From contig JAHEFX010000001.1 in assembly GCA_024639975.1 (NCBI GenBank), positions 1,460-65,459 on the forward strand: 64,000 nucleotides of DNA. Direction: 5' to 3'. The notes below the pieces were generated by a model. That model saw only the letters and a list, made by a program, of their open reading frames with translations. It ran no database searches and was not told the origin of the DNA. Source of the stretch: a bacterium (lineage in GTDB: Bacteria; Actinomycetota; Acidimicrobiia; Spongiisociales; JAENVV01). Both the position numbers and the translations under genes were made by a program. Positions 49,928 through 60,606 of the stretch are shown one piece after another. The first letter of the stretch is position 1, and each line of letters opens with the position of its first letter.

Positions 49928-50539
49928 ATGCGCATCGCCGTTCTCGTCTCCGGATCCGGTTCCAACCTGCAGGCCATCATCGATGCCGCCGCAGCCGACC
50001 CGACCTTCCCTGCCGAGATCGCCCTCGTCCTCTCCGACCGCCCGGGGGTCCGGGGTCTCGAGCGGGCCGAAGCGGCGGGTATCCCGACGCAGGTCGTGGC
50101 TTGGTCCGACCACGCCGATCGCCTCGCCTTCACGGAGGCTGTCTGCGATGCCGTCGAGGCATCGGACGCCGAGGGCCTGGTCCTCGCAGGCTTCATGCGG
50201 ATCCTGTCCGCGGAAGCGGTCCATCGGTTCCCGAACCGCATCCTCAACATCCACCCCTCGCTGCTCCCCGCCTTCGCCGGCGGGCATGCCATCCCCGACG
50301 CCCTGGCCTACGGGGCGAAGCTGTCAGGCGTGACGATCCACTTCGTCGACGAACAGGTGGACCATGGCCCGATCATCGCCCAGCAGGCGGTGCCCGTCGC
50401 CGATGACGACACGGAGGCGACGCTGCACGCCCGAATCCAGGCCGTCGAGCACGAGTTGTACCCCAGGGCCGTCGCCGATTTCGCCGCCGGGCGGCTGGTC
50501 GTCGACGGTCGACACGTCCGGATCCAGGAGCCCTTGTGA
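49928..50539 (+). CDS. purN: Phosphoribosylglycinamide formyltransferase
   Basis: SGSGSNLQA, LAGFMRIL, NIHPSLLP and DHGPII motifs. Confidence 0.96.
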   Translation: MRIAVLVSGSGSNLQAIIDAAAADPTFPAEIALVLSDRPGVRGLERAEAAGIPTQVVAWSDHADRLAFTEAVCDAVEASDAEGLVLAGFMRILSAEAVHRFPNRILNIHPSLLPAFAGGHAIPDALAYGAKLSGVTIHFVDEQVDHGPIIAQQAVPVADDDTEATLHARIQAVEHELYPRAVADFAAGRLVVDGRHVRIQEPL

Positions 50540-52059
50540 CCCGTCAACCAGTCCGCACCGCCTTGCTCAGCGTCTCCGACAAGACCGGCCTGGTCCCGTT
50601 CGCCCAGAGGCTCGTCGACGCCGGGGTCCGAATCATCTCGTCCGGCGGCACCGCCAGGGCTCTGCGGGACGCCGGCCTTCCCGTGATGGGCGTCGGCGAC
50701 CTGACCGGCGCCCCCGAAATGCTCGGCGGCAGGGTGAAGACCTTGCACCCGATCGTTCACGGCGGGATCCTCGCCGACCTGGGTGACGAGCAGCACCGGG
50801 CCGACCTCGCCGCTCGCGGGATCGATCCGATCGGGCTCGTGGTGGTGAACCTCTACCCGTTCGTCGAGACGGTGTCCCGGGACGGGGTGACCCACGCCGA
50901 GGCCGTCGAGAACATCGATATCGGCGGGCCGACGATGGTGCGCGCGGCGGCAAAGAACCACGCCTGGGTCGGGGTGGTGACCTCACCCGACCGCTATGAC
51001 GAGGTGGCGACGGCCGTCGAAGCCGGCGGACTCGACGACGACCTCCGATACGAGCTCGCCCGGGAAGCCTTCTTCCACACCGCCTCCTACGACGCGGCCA
51101 TCGTCGACTGGTTCGAACGGGAGTCGACTCCGGCCGCCAACCGGGCGATCGCCATCCACCGGGCCGCCGAGCTCAGGTATGGCGAGAACCCGCACCAGGA
51201 GGCTGCGCTCTACGGCGAGGTGGGCGGGTCCGGCTGGTGGGCCGACGCCGAACAACTCCAGGGCAAGCAGATGAGCTTCAACAACTACCTCGACACCGAC
51301 GCGGCCTGGCGGATGGTGCATGAGTTCGACGGACCTGCCGTTGCGATCATCAAGCACGCCAACCCGTGTGGTCTGGCTGTAGCCGACGGGCTCGCCGATG
51401 CCTTCACCGCTGCATGGGACTGTGACCCCCTCTCGGCCTTCGGCGGCATCGTTGCGCTCAATCGCCCGCTCGACGCCGGCACCGCCGCCCGAATCGCCGC
51501 CGCCGGGTTCGTCGAGGTCGTGATCGCGCCGTCGATCGAGGACGCCGGCCCACTGTCGGGCAAGAAGAACCTGCGGGTGATCGCTGCACCGGCCCCCGAT
51601 CCCTCGGATCCCGACCTGCGACGCATCGATGGCGGGTTCGTCATCCAGGACCGTGATTCGGTGACCGTCGACGATGGGTGGACCGTCGTGTCCGAACGTC
51701 AGCCGACCGACGCCGAGATGGCCGACCTACGGTTCGCCTGGGTGGTGTGTGCGCACACGAAGTCCAACGCCATCGTGATCGCCAAGGACGGCGCCGCCAT
51801 CGGTGTGGGTGCCGGTGACCAGAGTCGGGTCGGCGCATCGGAGCGGGCCGTCGCCCGCGCCGGGGAGCGTTCGGCCGGTGCCGTTGCCGCATCCGACGCG
51901 TTCTTCCCGTTCCGGGACGGGATCGAGGCGCTCGCCGACGTCGGCGTCACCGCCGTGATCGAACCGGGCGGTTCGGTGCGGGACGAGGAGGTCATCGCCG
52001 CAGCCAATGAAGCCGGCGTCGCCCTCGTCTTCACCGGGAAGCGCCACTTCAAGCACTGA
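50536..52059 (+). CDS. purH: Bifunctional AICAR transformylase/IMP cyclohydrolase
   Basis: SVSDKTG, GRVKTLHP, RYGENPHQ, KHANPCG, ASDAFFPF and RHFKH motifs. Confidence 0.96.
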   Translation: MTRQPVRTALLSVSDKTGLVPFAQRLVDAGVRIISSGGTARALRDAGLPVMGVGDLTGAPEMLGGRVKTLHPIVHGGILADLGDEQHRADLAARGIDPIGLVVVNLYPFVETVSRDGVTHAEAVENIDIGGPTMVRAAAKNHAWVGVVTSPDRYDEVATAVEAGGLDDDLRYELAREAFFHTASYDAAIVDWFERESTPAANRAIAIHRAAELRYGENPHQEAALYGEVGGSGWWADAEQLQGKQMSFNNYLDTDAAWRMVHEFDGPAVAIIKHANPCGLAVADGLADAFTAAWDCDPLSAFGGIVALNRPLDAGTAARIAAAGFVEVVIAPSIEDAGPLSGKKNLRVIAAPAPDPSDPDLRRIDGGFVIQDRDSVTVDDGWTVVSERQPTDAEMADLRFAWVVCAHTKSNAIVIAKDGAAIGVGAGDQSRVGASERAVARAGERSAGAVAASDAFFPFRDGIEALADVGVTAVIEPGGSVRDEEVIAAANEAGVALVFTGKRHFKH

Positions 52060-52094
52060 TCCGGATGACTCGGCTCGGCCGAGTGGGCGGTGCG

Positions 52095-52670
52095 TCAGTT
52101 GGATGCCTCTAGGGCCGCGGCCTCGACCCGCCCGCGGTAGTCGGCCCACCAGGCGTCGTCGACAGGGGGCATGTTCTCGCCTCCGAGCCTGAGCCCGACG
52201 GCGCCGTCGATCATCTCGCGGACGATGTCGGCGTGTCCCGCGTGGCGGTGGGTCTCGGTCGTGATGTGCACCAGGATCTGGTGCAGGGTCACGTCGCCCC
52301 TGTCACCCCACCACGGTACGCGGCCCGCGGCGTCGAGGTCGAGCCCGGCGACCGTCCCCTCCGAATGCTCCCAGACCCGCCGATAGAGGTCGATGATCGA
52401 CGCGCTCGACTCGTCGGCCCCGACGAGGAAGTCGTCGTTGAATCCGGCGTCATCGGCGAACCACGGGAACTTCTCCGGGAAGGGCCGGCCGAAGCAGTCA
52501 CCGAGGTAGCCGGCTTCGACGCTGGCGACGTGCTTGACGATTCCGAGGAGATTGGTGCCGGTGGGCGTCATCGGACGCCGCATGTCGTAGTCGGACAGAC
52601 CGTCGAGCTTCCAGAGGAGAGCCTCGCGGGCGACTTGGAGGTAGCGGAGGAGGGTGTTCTTCGGGTCCAT
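52095..52670 (-). CDS. DinB-family protein (DUF664)
   Basis: TPTGTNLLGIVKH and ETHRHAGHADIVREMIDG motifs. Confidence 0.9.
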   Translation of the reverse strand: MDPKNTLLRYLQVAREALLWKLDGLSDYDMRRPMTPTGTNLLGIVKHVASVEAGYLGDCFGRPFPEKFPWFADDAGFNDDFLVGADESSASIIDLYRRVWEHSEGTVAGLDLDAAGRVPWWGDRGDVTLHQILVHITTETHRHAGHADIVREMIDGAVGLRLGGENMPPVDDAWWADYRGRVEAAALEASN

Positions 52671-52719
52671 GGCCATGGAACCAGTCTCGCATACCCCTCC
52701 GACCCCTAGGGTGCCGTTG

Positions 52720-53385
52720 ATGGTCGAACAGATGCAGAGATGGACCCTCGGGAGGATGCAGAACCCGGTTCGCGGGTTCCTGCACGGGTCCGCTGCGGTC
52801 CTTTCGGTGGTCGGCATGGGCTTCTTGGTCTGGCGGGCATGGGGAAACGGCTCCGCCTTGGCGGGGGCGATCATCTTCGGGATCTCGCTCGTCGCCATGT
52901 TCACGGTGAGCTCGCTCTTCCACTCGATCGAGTGGCGGGATGCCGTCTGGAAGTGGATGCAGCGGGTCGACCATTCGATGATCTTCCTGCTCGTCGCCGG
53001 GACGATCACCCCGCTCGCCATAGCGACGCTGGACCGGTGGACCCTCGCGCTGGTCCTCGGCTTCGTCTGGGGGATCGCCGTGCTCGGCATCACCTTGAAA
53101 CTGACGCTCCGCTCGCCGGTCACGTGGCTGTCGGTCACTCTCCAGCTGCTGATGGGTTGGTCGGCGATGTTCTGGTTCCCGACCTTCCTCGAGACCCACG
53201 GGTGGTGGGGTGCCTGGCCGGTCATCGCCGGCGGCCTCGCATACACCGTGGGCGTGGTGTTCTACGCCACCCAACGACCCCGCCTGTTCCCCCGCGTGTT
53301 CGCGGCCCACGAGCTCTTCCATGTGCTCGTCGTGGCGGCGTCGGCGCTCCACTGGGTTGCCGTCTTCCGGGTGGTCGCCGCCTAG
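52720..53385 (+). CDS. Hemolysin III/PAQR family membrane protein
   Basis: SSLFH, RVDHSMIFLLVAGTITP and HELFHVLV motifs. Confidence 0.9.
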   Translation: MVEQMQRWTLGRMQNPVRGFLHGSAAVLSVVGMGFLVWRAWGNGSALAGAIIFGISLVAMFTVSSLFHSIEWRDAVWKWMQRVDHSMIFLLVAGTITPLAIATLDRWTLALVLGFVWGIAVLGITLKLTLRSPVTWLSVTLQLLMGWSAMFWFPTFLETHGWWGAWPVIAGGLAYTVGVVFYATQRPRLFPRVFAAHELFHVLVVAASALHWVAVFRVVAA

Positions 53386-53389
53386 GCGC

Positions 53390-53782
53390 TCAAGTCCCGA
53401 TGGCGAGCCAGGCGCTCGACAGGCACATGCCCAGCGTGACGATCGCCCAGTAGCGCTCGGCGCTCGACCTCGAAACGGCGTTGGCCAGCGTCCCGATGGC
53501 GAAGAGTCCTGCGAGGACCCAGAGCCACACCGACGACTGCCCCTCCGTCCATCCAAGGACGATGAGGCCCGACGTATCGGCGACGAACAGGGCGATGAGC
53601 GGGTAGAGCAAGAACCCGGCGATGCCGCTGGTCACTCGTTGCCGGGTGGGAAGCACGCCGGGGTTCGTGCCCCCGTACGCAGCTGCGCCCCACGGGGCAC
53701 CGAGCGCCAGCGCCACCTGGAAGATCGTCATCACACCCGCGAAGGCGGCGAAGACGAGGCCCGCGACCTGGTCGGCATCCAT
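53390..53782 (-). CDS. Conserved hypothetical 4-TM membrane protein
   Basis: FQVALALGAPWGAAAYGG...NAVSRSSAERYW. Confidence 0.8.
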   Translation of the reverse strand: MDADQVAGLVFAAFAGVMTIFQVALALGAPWGAAAYGGTNPGVLPTRQRVTSGIAGFLLYPLIALFVADTSGLIVLGWTEGQSSVWLWVLAGLFAIGTLANAVSRSSAERYWAIVTLGMCLSSAWLAIGT

Positions 53783-53838
53783 GGCTCGGAAGCTATCCGA
53801 CGCACGAGGGACGGCGATGATCGTTGTACATCGCAATC

Positions 53839-53860
53839 TGTCCCACCCTACTGACAAGAT
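53839..53860 (+). promoter_or_regulatory. RecA-NDp/PafBC-like promoter of the HNH gene
   Basis: TGTCCC-N10-CAAGAT, with the ATG 6 nt downstream. Confidence 0.45.
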
Positions 53861-53866
53861 GCATGC

Positions 53867-54874
53867 ATGGAGCAACTCGACGAGCTGGAAGCTCGCTACG
53901 AGCGCATCGAAGCAGCAGAGCGGCTGCTTCACGCCGAGAAGCTGAGGCTGGTCGCCGAGCTCGACGCCCGGCAGGCCAACCTCACGGACGGCGCCCGCTC
54001 CATGACCGAGTGGATCGCCCGTCGGTCCGACATGCACCCGACCCGGGCCCGACGCCTCGTCCGGGCGGCGCGTGCCGCCGAGGCCCCCCTCCTCGCGGAG
54101 CTGGCCGACGGGCGCCTCTCGGTCGATCGGGCCGATGCCTATGCCGAGGCACAGGCGCGCGGGGTCGACCTCGCCGGGCTCGACCTCCACGACATCTCCG
54201 GCGCCTGGCGACGAATCCGGCGGTCCTCGCCGGCTGATCGCCGTCCCGACGATCGGCATCTCGCCATCCAGCCGTCCTTCGATCGGACCGGCTGGAAGGT
54301 CTGGGGCCGGCTCGATGCGGCCGAGGGCTCGATCGTCGCCGACGCACTCTCCAGGGAGGCCGACCGCATCGAGCAAGGCATACCGGCCGAGCATCGGTCC
54401 TCCCGGTCCGACCGGATGGCCGACGCGCTCGTCACCCTGGCGCTCGGCGAAGCCGACTACTCACCGACGGTCGCCGTGCACCTCGACGAGGCCAACGCGC
54501 CGGCCGAGGTCGACGGCGTGGACTCCCAACTCGGGGAGCTGGCCCATGCCCTGTGCGTCGGATCGGTCACGGTCGACCGCATCGAGCGAGGGCGACCGAT
54601 GAGCTACGGCACGGACACGAAGCAGGTCCCGCCCCGCCTCAGGCGCTTCATCGCATATCGGGACGGCTTCGCGTGCACGATCGACGGCTGCACGTCGACC
54701 TACCGACTCGAACCCCACCACATCATCCACGCCGGACGTCACGGTCCGACCGACCCCGAGAACCTCACGTCGATCTGTTGGTTCCACCACCACGAAGTGA
54801 TCCACAACCGGGGGTTCGGGATCGATCCCGACTCGCCCGCCCAGCGACGTCGGTTGATTCCTCCCGAACACTGA
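53867..54874 (+). CDS. DUF222/HNH endonuclease-domain protein (13E12-repeat type)
   Basis: ADALV, RDGFACTIDGC, HHIIH and GPTDPENLTSICWFHH motifs. Confidence 0.88.
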   Translation: MEQLDELEARYERIEAAERLLHAEKLRLVAELDARQANLTDGARSMTEWIARRSDMHPTRARRLVRAARAAEAPLLAELADGRLSVDRADAYAEAQARGVDLAGLDLHDISGAWRRIRRSSPADRRPDDRHLAIQPSFDRTGWKVWGRLDAAEGSIVADALSREADRIEQGIPAEHRSSRSDRMADALVTLALGEADYSPTVAVHLDEANAPAEVDGVDSQLGELAHALCVGSVTVDRIERGRPMSYGTDTKQVPPRLRRFIAYRDGFACTIDGCTSTYRLEPHHIIHAGRHGPTDPENLTSICWFHHHEVIHNRGFGIDPDSPAQRRRLIPPEH

Positions 54875-54894
54875 ACACCCCGCTCCGACCTCCC

Positions 54895-54913
54895 ACCCCG
54901 ACTCGGTCGGGGT
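54895..54913. terminator. Stem-loop between convergent genes
   Basis: accccgac-tcg-gtcggggt. Confidence 0.45.
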
Positions 54914-54932
54914 CAGAGGAGTGTCCGCGCTG

Positions 54933-56162
54933 TCACGGCCGCTCCAGGAAGAACGTCTCGGCCTCGCCGAATGACTTCACATCGATCATCTCGCGGGGAA
55001 CGAACCGGTAGGGCCCGGTGACCGCCTCCTTGAACCGGCCGGTGACCTGGACGCGTCCGGGGACGCCATGGGATTCCATGCGGCTCGCCAGGTTCACGGC
55101 CTCCCCCCATACGTCGTAGGCGAACTTCGTCTTCCCGACGACCGCTGCGATGACGGGTCCGGTGTCGAGGCCGATGCGCAAGTCGACCTCGAACTCACCG
55201 AACGGCATCCCTCGGATCTGCTCCATGAAGCGGAGTGCGGCTTCGGCGGCGGCGTCGGCGTGGTCGTGGGTGGCGACTGGAGCGCCCCCGACGAGCTGGT
55301 ACCCGTCGCCGATCGTCTTCAGCTTCTCGAGGCCGAGGTCGGACGCGATGTCGTCCATGGCCGAGAAGATGGAATCGAGGTCCTCGACGACTTCGACTGC
55401 ATCGGTGTCCCGAGACATGGTCGTGAACCCGACGATGTCGGCGAAGAGCACCGAGACCGCGGGGAGCCGATCGGCGATCGTCCGCTCCCCGTCCTTCAGT
55501 CGGTCAGCGATAGAGCTCGGGAGGATGTTGAGGAGGAGCTGATCCGACCGAGCGCGTGCCGCTTCCACGGCCCCCTGCATTCGCCTTCGCTCGGCCGTGA
55601 ACCACGCCAAACCGGCGAACACCGAGGCCGCGGTGCCCGCCAGATTGGCCGTGAAGAAGGCGAGCGAGACCATGGGGTCGAGGGGCTCGATCGCCCCCTG
55701 GAGGAACTGGTCCACCAGGGCGGATACCAAGAGCAGGGCCAAGAAGGCCCCGAACATGAGTCGGTGCCGGAACCCGAATGCGACTGCCAAGGCGGCGGGG
55801 ACGACGGCCCAGACCGCGACCGTGCCCGAAGATGCGAATCCACCGAGCACCCACTGGAGCATGAAGGGGAGCGGGAGTAGCAGGGTGATCTGTGCTGCCT
55901 TGAATCCGGCGAAGGACTTGGTGCGGTTGAGCCGCAGCGAGGTGAACAGCGTGACGACGGCATAGGCGCCGGGTATCAGTGCCGCCCACGGCCGCCCGAT
56001 CACCAGGTACGAGACCGACCAGAGGAAGGCAAGGAAACCGACCGCTACCGCGACCAGCGTCAGCACCTGACGTTCGAGGGTCTCCTCCGGCGGACAGTCG
56101 TCCTCGACGCCGATGCGCGACAAACGGTCGAGGACCCGCGGGAGCCGGTCGATGCTGAGCAC
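54933..56162 (-). CDS. Membrane-bound class III adenylate cyclase (about 6 TM)
   Basis: LLLNILP, FADIVGFT, KTIGDG and YDVWGEAVNLASRMES motifs. Confidence 0.92.
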   Translation of the reverse strand: MLSIDRLPRVLDRLSRIGVEDDCPPEETLERQVLTLVAVAVGFLAFLWSVSYLVIGRPWAALIPGAYAVVTLFTSLRLNRTKSFAGFKAAQITLLLPLPFMLQWVLGGFASSGTVAVWAVVPAALAVAFGFRHRLMFGAFLALLLVSALVDQFLQGAIEPLDPMVSLAFFTANLAGTAASVFAGLAWFTAERRRMQGAVEAARARSDQLLLNILPSSIADRLKDGERTIADRLPAVSVLFADIVGFTTMSRDTDAVEVVEDLDSIFSAMDDIASDLGLEKLKTIGDGYQLVGGAPVATHDHADAAAEAALRFMEQIRGMPFGEFEVDLRIGLDTGPVIAAVVGKTKFAYDVWGEAVNLASRMESHGVPGRVQVTGRFKEAVTGPYRFVPREMIDVKSFGEAETFFLERP

Positions 56163-56221
56163 GACCGACGACTCTACGGCTTGGAGGCGGTGGTCTGGGA
56201 CCCCGTTCTAGGCTCGCCCCC

Positions 56222-57097
56222 ATGTACGCCACCCTCCTCGACGGCAAGGCCGTCGCCACCGCCACCAAGGAAGCCCTCGGCCCCCGGATCGCGGCCCTGG
56301 CCGAGCGTGGTGTCACTCCCGGCCTCGCCACGATCCTCGTCGGTGACGATCCGGCCTCGGAGGTCTACGTCGCCAGCAAGCGGCGCACCGCTACCTCGCT
56401 CGGCATCGTCGACGTCCACCACCACTTGTCGGCAGATGTCACGCAGGACCAGCTCGATGGGCTCATCGAACAGCTCAACGACGACCCGGCCGTCCACGGG
56501 ATCCTCCTGCAGCTCCCCCTACCGGAGGGCCTCGATGGCGAGGAGGCGGTCCGCCGTATCGACCCGGCCAAGGACGCCGACGGCCTCCATCCGGAGAACC
56601 TCGGCCGGCTCATCCTCGACCAGCCGGGGCCGACGCCCTGCACGCCGACCGGGGTCCTGCGGATCCTCGACCACTACGAGGTCCCCACGGAGGGTCGACG
56701 GGTCGTCGTCGTCGGCCGGTCATTCCTCGTCGGCCGCCCCATCTCCGTGATGCTGTCCAGCAAGGCCCGCAACGCGACCGTCACCCTCGCCCATTCCCGG
56801 ACCGAGGATCTACCCGCGCTGTGCCGGGAGGCCGACATCATCATCGCCGCCGTCGGTCAACCCCAGCTCATCGGCTTGGACTGGGTCTCCGACGGGGCCA
56901 CGGTCATCGACGTGGGCATCAACCGCACGGACGATGGCCTGGTCGGCGACGTCGATTTCGCCGTCGTCTCCGAGCGGGCCGGAGCCATCACGCCGGTCCC
57001 CGGTGGGGTCGGTCCGATGACGATCGCCATGCTCATGGAGAACACCGTCGCACTCGCCGAGGCGTCGGCCTACGTTGCCGCCCGCCGTCGGGCATAA
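56222..57097 (+). CDS. folD: Methylenetetrahydrofolate dehydrogenase/cyclohydrolase
   Basis: LLQLPLP, KDADGLHP, PCTP, GRSFLVGRP and PVPGGVGPMT motifs. Confidence 0.96.
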   Translation: MYATLLDGKAVATATKEALGPRIAALAERGVTPGLATILVGDDPASEVYVASKRRTATSLGIVDVHHHLSADVTQDQLDGLIEQLNDDPAVHGILLQLPLPEGLDGEEAVRRIDPAKDADGLHPENLGRLILDQPGPTPCTPTGVLRILDHYEVPTEGRRVVVVGRSFLVGRPISVMLSSKARNATVTLAHSRTEDLPALCREADIIIAAVGQPQLIGLDWVSDGATVIDVGINRTDDGLVGDVDFAVVSERAGAITPVPGGVGPMTIAMLMENTVALAEASAYVAARRRA

Positions 57098-57130
57098 TCG
57101 GCCACCCCACACGACTTCAGGAGTTCCGCC

Positions 57131-58333
57131 ATGGCCACCGCCATCACGATGGGCCCCGACGGCCTCAACGTCCCCACCGACCCGATCATCCCCTTCATCG
57201 AGGGTGACGGGATCGGCCCGGACATCTGGGCTGCCGCCGTCCGCGTGTTCGATGCGTCGGTCGAGAAGGCATACGGCGGCGAGCGGAAGATCCATTGGAC
57301 CGAGGTCCTCGCCGGTGAGAAGGCGTTCAACGAGACCGGTGACTGGCTCCCCAAGGCCACCGTCGACTCCTTCGCCGAGTACCTCATCGGTATCAAGGGT
57401 CCCCTCACGACCCCCGTGGGTGGCGGCATTCGCAGCCTGAACGTCGCCCTTCGCCAGGAGCTCGACCTCTATGTCTGCCTGCGTCCCGTGCGCTGGTTCG
57501 AGGGCGTCCCGTCACCGGTGAAGAACCCCGGTGCCGTCGACATGGTGATCTTCCGGGAGAACACCGAGGACGTGTACGCCGGCAAGGAGCTCGAAGAGGG
57601 CACCGCCGGTGCCGCCAAGCTTCTCGAGTTCGTGAAGGCCGAGTTCGGTTGGGACATACGCGAGGACTCCGGTATCGGCATCAAGCCCATCTCCGTGACC
57701 GGCTCCAAGCGCCTCATCCGCGCCGCCATCGAGTACGCGCTCGCCAACGGCCGCAAGAGCGTCACGCTCGTGCACAAGGGCAACATCATGAAGTTCACCG
57801 AGGGCGCCTTCCGCACCTGGGGCTACGAGCTCGTCAAGGACGAGTACGCCGACGTCGCCGTCTCGTGGGAGGACTCGGGCGGTGACGCCGGCGACAAGCT
57901 CCTCGTCCAGGACGTCATCGCCGACGCGATGCTCCAGCAGGTGCTCACCCGACCGGCCAACTACGACGTCATCGCCACGATGAACCTCAACGGCGACTAC
58001 ATCTCGGATGCCCTCGCCGCCCAGGTCGGCGGTATCGGAATCGCACCCGGCGGGAACATCAACTACGAGACCGGTGTGGCGGTCTTCGAGGCCACCCACG
58101 GGACGGCGCCGAAGTACGCCGGACAGGACAAGGTCAATCCCGGCTCGGTGATCCTCTCCGGTGAGTTGATGCTCCGCCACATGGGCTGGGATGAAGCTGC
58201 GGACCTCATCGTGAAGGGGCTCGAGGCCGCCATCGGCGACAAGATCGTCACCTACGACTTCGCCCGTCTGACCGAGGGTGCCACCGAGGTCCGGACGAGT
58301 GAGTTCGCCGATGCCATGATCGAGAGGATGTAG
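57131..58333 (+). CDS. icd: NADP-dependent isocitrate dehydrogenase (dimeric type)
   Basis: [33 protein letters not shown] and HGTAPKY motifs. Confidence 0.96.
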   Translation: MATAITMGPDGLNVPTDPIIPFIEGDGIGPDIWAAAVRVFDASVEKAYGGERKIHWTEVLAGEKAFNETGDWLPKATVDSFAEYLIGIKGPLTTPVGGGIRSLNVALRQELDLYVCLRPVRWFEGVPSPVKNPGAVDMVIFRENTEDVYAGKELEEGTAGAAKLLEFVKAEFGWDIREDSGIGIKPISVTGSKRLIRAAIEYALANGRKSVTLVHKGNIMKFTEGAFRTWGYELVKDEYADVAVSWEDSGGDAGDKLLVQDVIADAMLQQVLTRPANYDVIATMNLNGDYISDALAAQVGGIGIAPGGNINYETGVAVFEATHGTAPKYAGQDKVNPGSVILSGELMLRHMGWDEAADLIVKGLEAAIGDKIVTYDFARLTEGATEVRTSEFADAMIERM

Positions 58334-58373
58334 CACGGAGGAGCAACGCTCCGGGTCCCGATCCGGGCTCCTC

Positions 58374-59477
58374 GTGCTCGTCCTCCTGGTCCTCGTCGCG
58401 GGGATCGCGTGGACCGTCGGCGCCACCGATGGTGAGGCCGATCCTGTCGCGGGCTCGACGACCTCCTCCGTCCCTGCGCAGGCGGAGCTGCCGTCCGCGG
58501 GCGTGGTCGTCGTGCCGCCGGGCGGTGTTGCCATCAACGACTCCCCGGCTGGGGCCGTCCTCCAAACGGTCGGTGCGGGCCTGGTCCTCCCGTATGCCGT
58601 CGTCGACGACGAGTGGCTGGAGGTCACGACCACCTGTGACGAACCGGCGTGGCTTCGCGCCGACGACGTCGACGTCTCCGGACAAGCCGACCCCGGAGTG
58701 GCCGGGCCGGGATTCGACCTGGCGTCGGCGGTGGTCGTCATCGACCCGGGCCATGGCGGGCCGTGGCCCGGCGCCGTCGGTCCGACCGGACTGTCCGAGA
58801 AGATCCCGAACCTCGACATCGCCGACCGGGTTCGCGCCCTGCTCGGCACCGGTCACGACATCGACTGGTCCACGGGGGAGATAGCCCTCGGCGGGACCTA
58901 CCCCCCGGTGGCTTCGGTCTTCATGACCCGTGACCCCGATGCCGTCGAGAACGGTGACTTCGAGGCGAAGCTCGGGTACCGGGCGGCCGTCGCCGACGCC
59001 GCCGGTGCGGATGCCCTCGTCTCGATCCACAACAACACGGTTCCCAAGGGCTCCCGCTCATCCCCGGGTACCCAGGTCTTCCACTCCGTCGGGGCCGCCG
59101 GCTCCGATCGGCTCGGGACCCTCCTGCACCAAGAGGTCCATGACGCCCTGGCCGTCTTCGATGTCGCCTGGTCCGGCCTCGCCGATCTCGGAGCCAGGGG
59201 CTACACCGACGCCCAGGGAGGCGACTACTTCACGGTCCTCTCGGGAGGCACCCCTGCGGCCATCGTCGAGGGGATGTACCTCAGCGAACCGGAGGAGGAG
59301 GCCCTCCTCAGGGAGCCGTCGGTTCGGCAGGCGTATGCCGAAGGCGTCTACCGGGGATTGGTCCGGTTCCTGACAACGAACGACTGGGGGACCGACCCGC
59401 TCCCAACCATCCCGTGGCCCGGGGCGAGCCCGGGTTCACCGTCGGCCGACGGCTGCGTGGTCCCGTCGGCCGGTTAG
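58374..59477 (+). CDS. N-acetylmuramoyl-L-alanine amidase (Amidase_3)
   Basis: IDPGHGG, SEK, VSIHNN and IVEG Zn/catalytic residues; N-terminal TM segment; start uncertain. Confidence 0.85.
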   Translation: MLVLLVLVAGIAWTVGATDGEADPVAGSTTSSVPAQAELPSAGVVVVPPGGVAINDSPAGAVLQTVGAGLVLPYAVVDDEWLEVTTTCDEPAWLRADDVDVSGQADPGVAGPGFDLASAVVVIDPGHGGPWPGAVGPTGLSEKIPNLDIADRVRALLGTGHDIDWSTGEIALGGTYPPVASVFMTRDPDAVENGDFEAKLGYRAAVADAAGADALVSIHNNTVPKGSRSSPGTQVFHSVGAAGSDRLGTLLHQEVHDALAVFDVAWSGLADLGARGYTDAQGGDYFTVLSGGTPAAIVEGMYLSEPEEEALLREPSVRQAYAEGVYRGLVRFLTTNDWGTDPLPTIPWPGASPGSPSADGCVVPSAG

Positions 59478-59493
59478 TCCGGCGCCGGGCCGG

Positions 59494-60606
59494 TCAGAGG
59501 TTGCCGCGAGCCGCCTGATCCCGCTCGATCGCCTCGAACAGCGCCTTGAAGTTGCCCTCGCCGAAACCCATCGCGCCGCGACGCTCGATGAACTCGTAGA
59601 AGAACGTCGGTCGGTCCTGCATCATCCGCGTGAATATCTGCAGCAGGATCCCGCCATCGTCCTCGTCGATGAGGATGCCGAGCTCGCGCAGTCGCTCGAT
59701 TTCTATGTCGGCCGGGACGGCCGAGATTCGATCCGGGATCTCGGCGTAGTAGCTGTCCGGGACGCTCATCAGCCCCATCCCGCGCCGGCGGGCCTCGGCG
59801 ACGGTCTCCACCAGGCTCTCGGTCGTGATGGCGATGTGCTGGACGCCTGAGCCGCCGTAGAAGTCGAGGTACTCCTCGATCTGGCTCTTCTTGCGTCCGG
59901 TGGCCGGCTCGTTGATCGGCAGGCGTATGACGCCCTCGCCGTCCCAGACGACCTTCGACATCAGCGCCGAGTACTCGGTCGAGATGGCCTCGTCGTCGAA
60001 GTGGCGGAGGAGGACGAAGCCGAAGACCTGCTCGTAGAACTCCACCCACTCGTCCATCGCGCCGAGCTCGACATTCGCGACCACGTGGTCGATGTGGCCG
60101 AGGCCGATCGGCTGGGCGAGGGAGTCGTTGCGGACGCGGAAGTCCGGCGGCGGCCAGACCAACGCCTCGTCCTCGACGAGGGAGTGGATCGTGTCGCCGT
60201 AGGCATGGATCGCGGCCACGGACCAATTGCCGTGGTCGCCCTGCAGCGCTTGAAGGGGTGCTGCCTCCTTCGCCCCCCGGCTGGTCGCCATTTCGAGGGC
60301 TTTGGCGGCATCGGGGACGTGTATGGCGACATCCCGGACGCCGGGGCCGTGACGACGGACATGGTCGTTGATCTCGTGGTCCGGTTCGAGCGCGCTGGTG
60401 AAGAGCAGGCGCACGTCGCCTTGCCGGAGGGCGTAGGTGGCGGTCTCCGACGTACCGGTTTCCGGTCCCCGGTAGCCGGCGATCTCGTAGCCGTGGATCG
60501 CCCGGTAGTAGTGGGCGGACTGGTAGGCGTTGGCCACCCAGAACTCGATGTGGTGGAAGCCCTTGATCGGGAAGTCGTTCTTGTGGGCTTCGATTGCGTC
60601 GGTCAT
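59494..60606 (-). CDS. hppD: 4-hydroxyphenylpyruvate dioxygenase
   Basis: IDHVV, SALMSKV, SQIEEYL, GVQHIA and GFGEGNFKALFEAIE motifs. Confidence 0.95.
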   Translation of the reverse strand: MTDAIEAHKNDFPIKGFHHIEFWVANAYQSAHYYRAIHGYEIAGYRGPETGTSETATYALRQGDVRLLFTSALEPDHEINDHVRRHGPGVRDVAIHVPDAAKALEMATSRGAKEAAPLQALQGDHGNWSVAAIHAYGDTIHSLVEDEALVWPPPDFRVRNDSLAQPIGLGHIDHVVANVELGAMDEWVEFYEQVFGFVLLRHFDDEAISTEYSALMSKVVWDGEGVIRLPINEPATGRKKSQIEEYLDFYGGSGVQHIAITTESLVETVAEARRRGMGLMSVPDSYYAEIPDRISAVPADIEIERLRELGILIDEDDGGILLQIFTRMMQDRPTFFYEFIERRGAMGFGEGNFKALFEAIERDQAARGNL

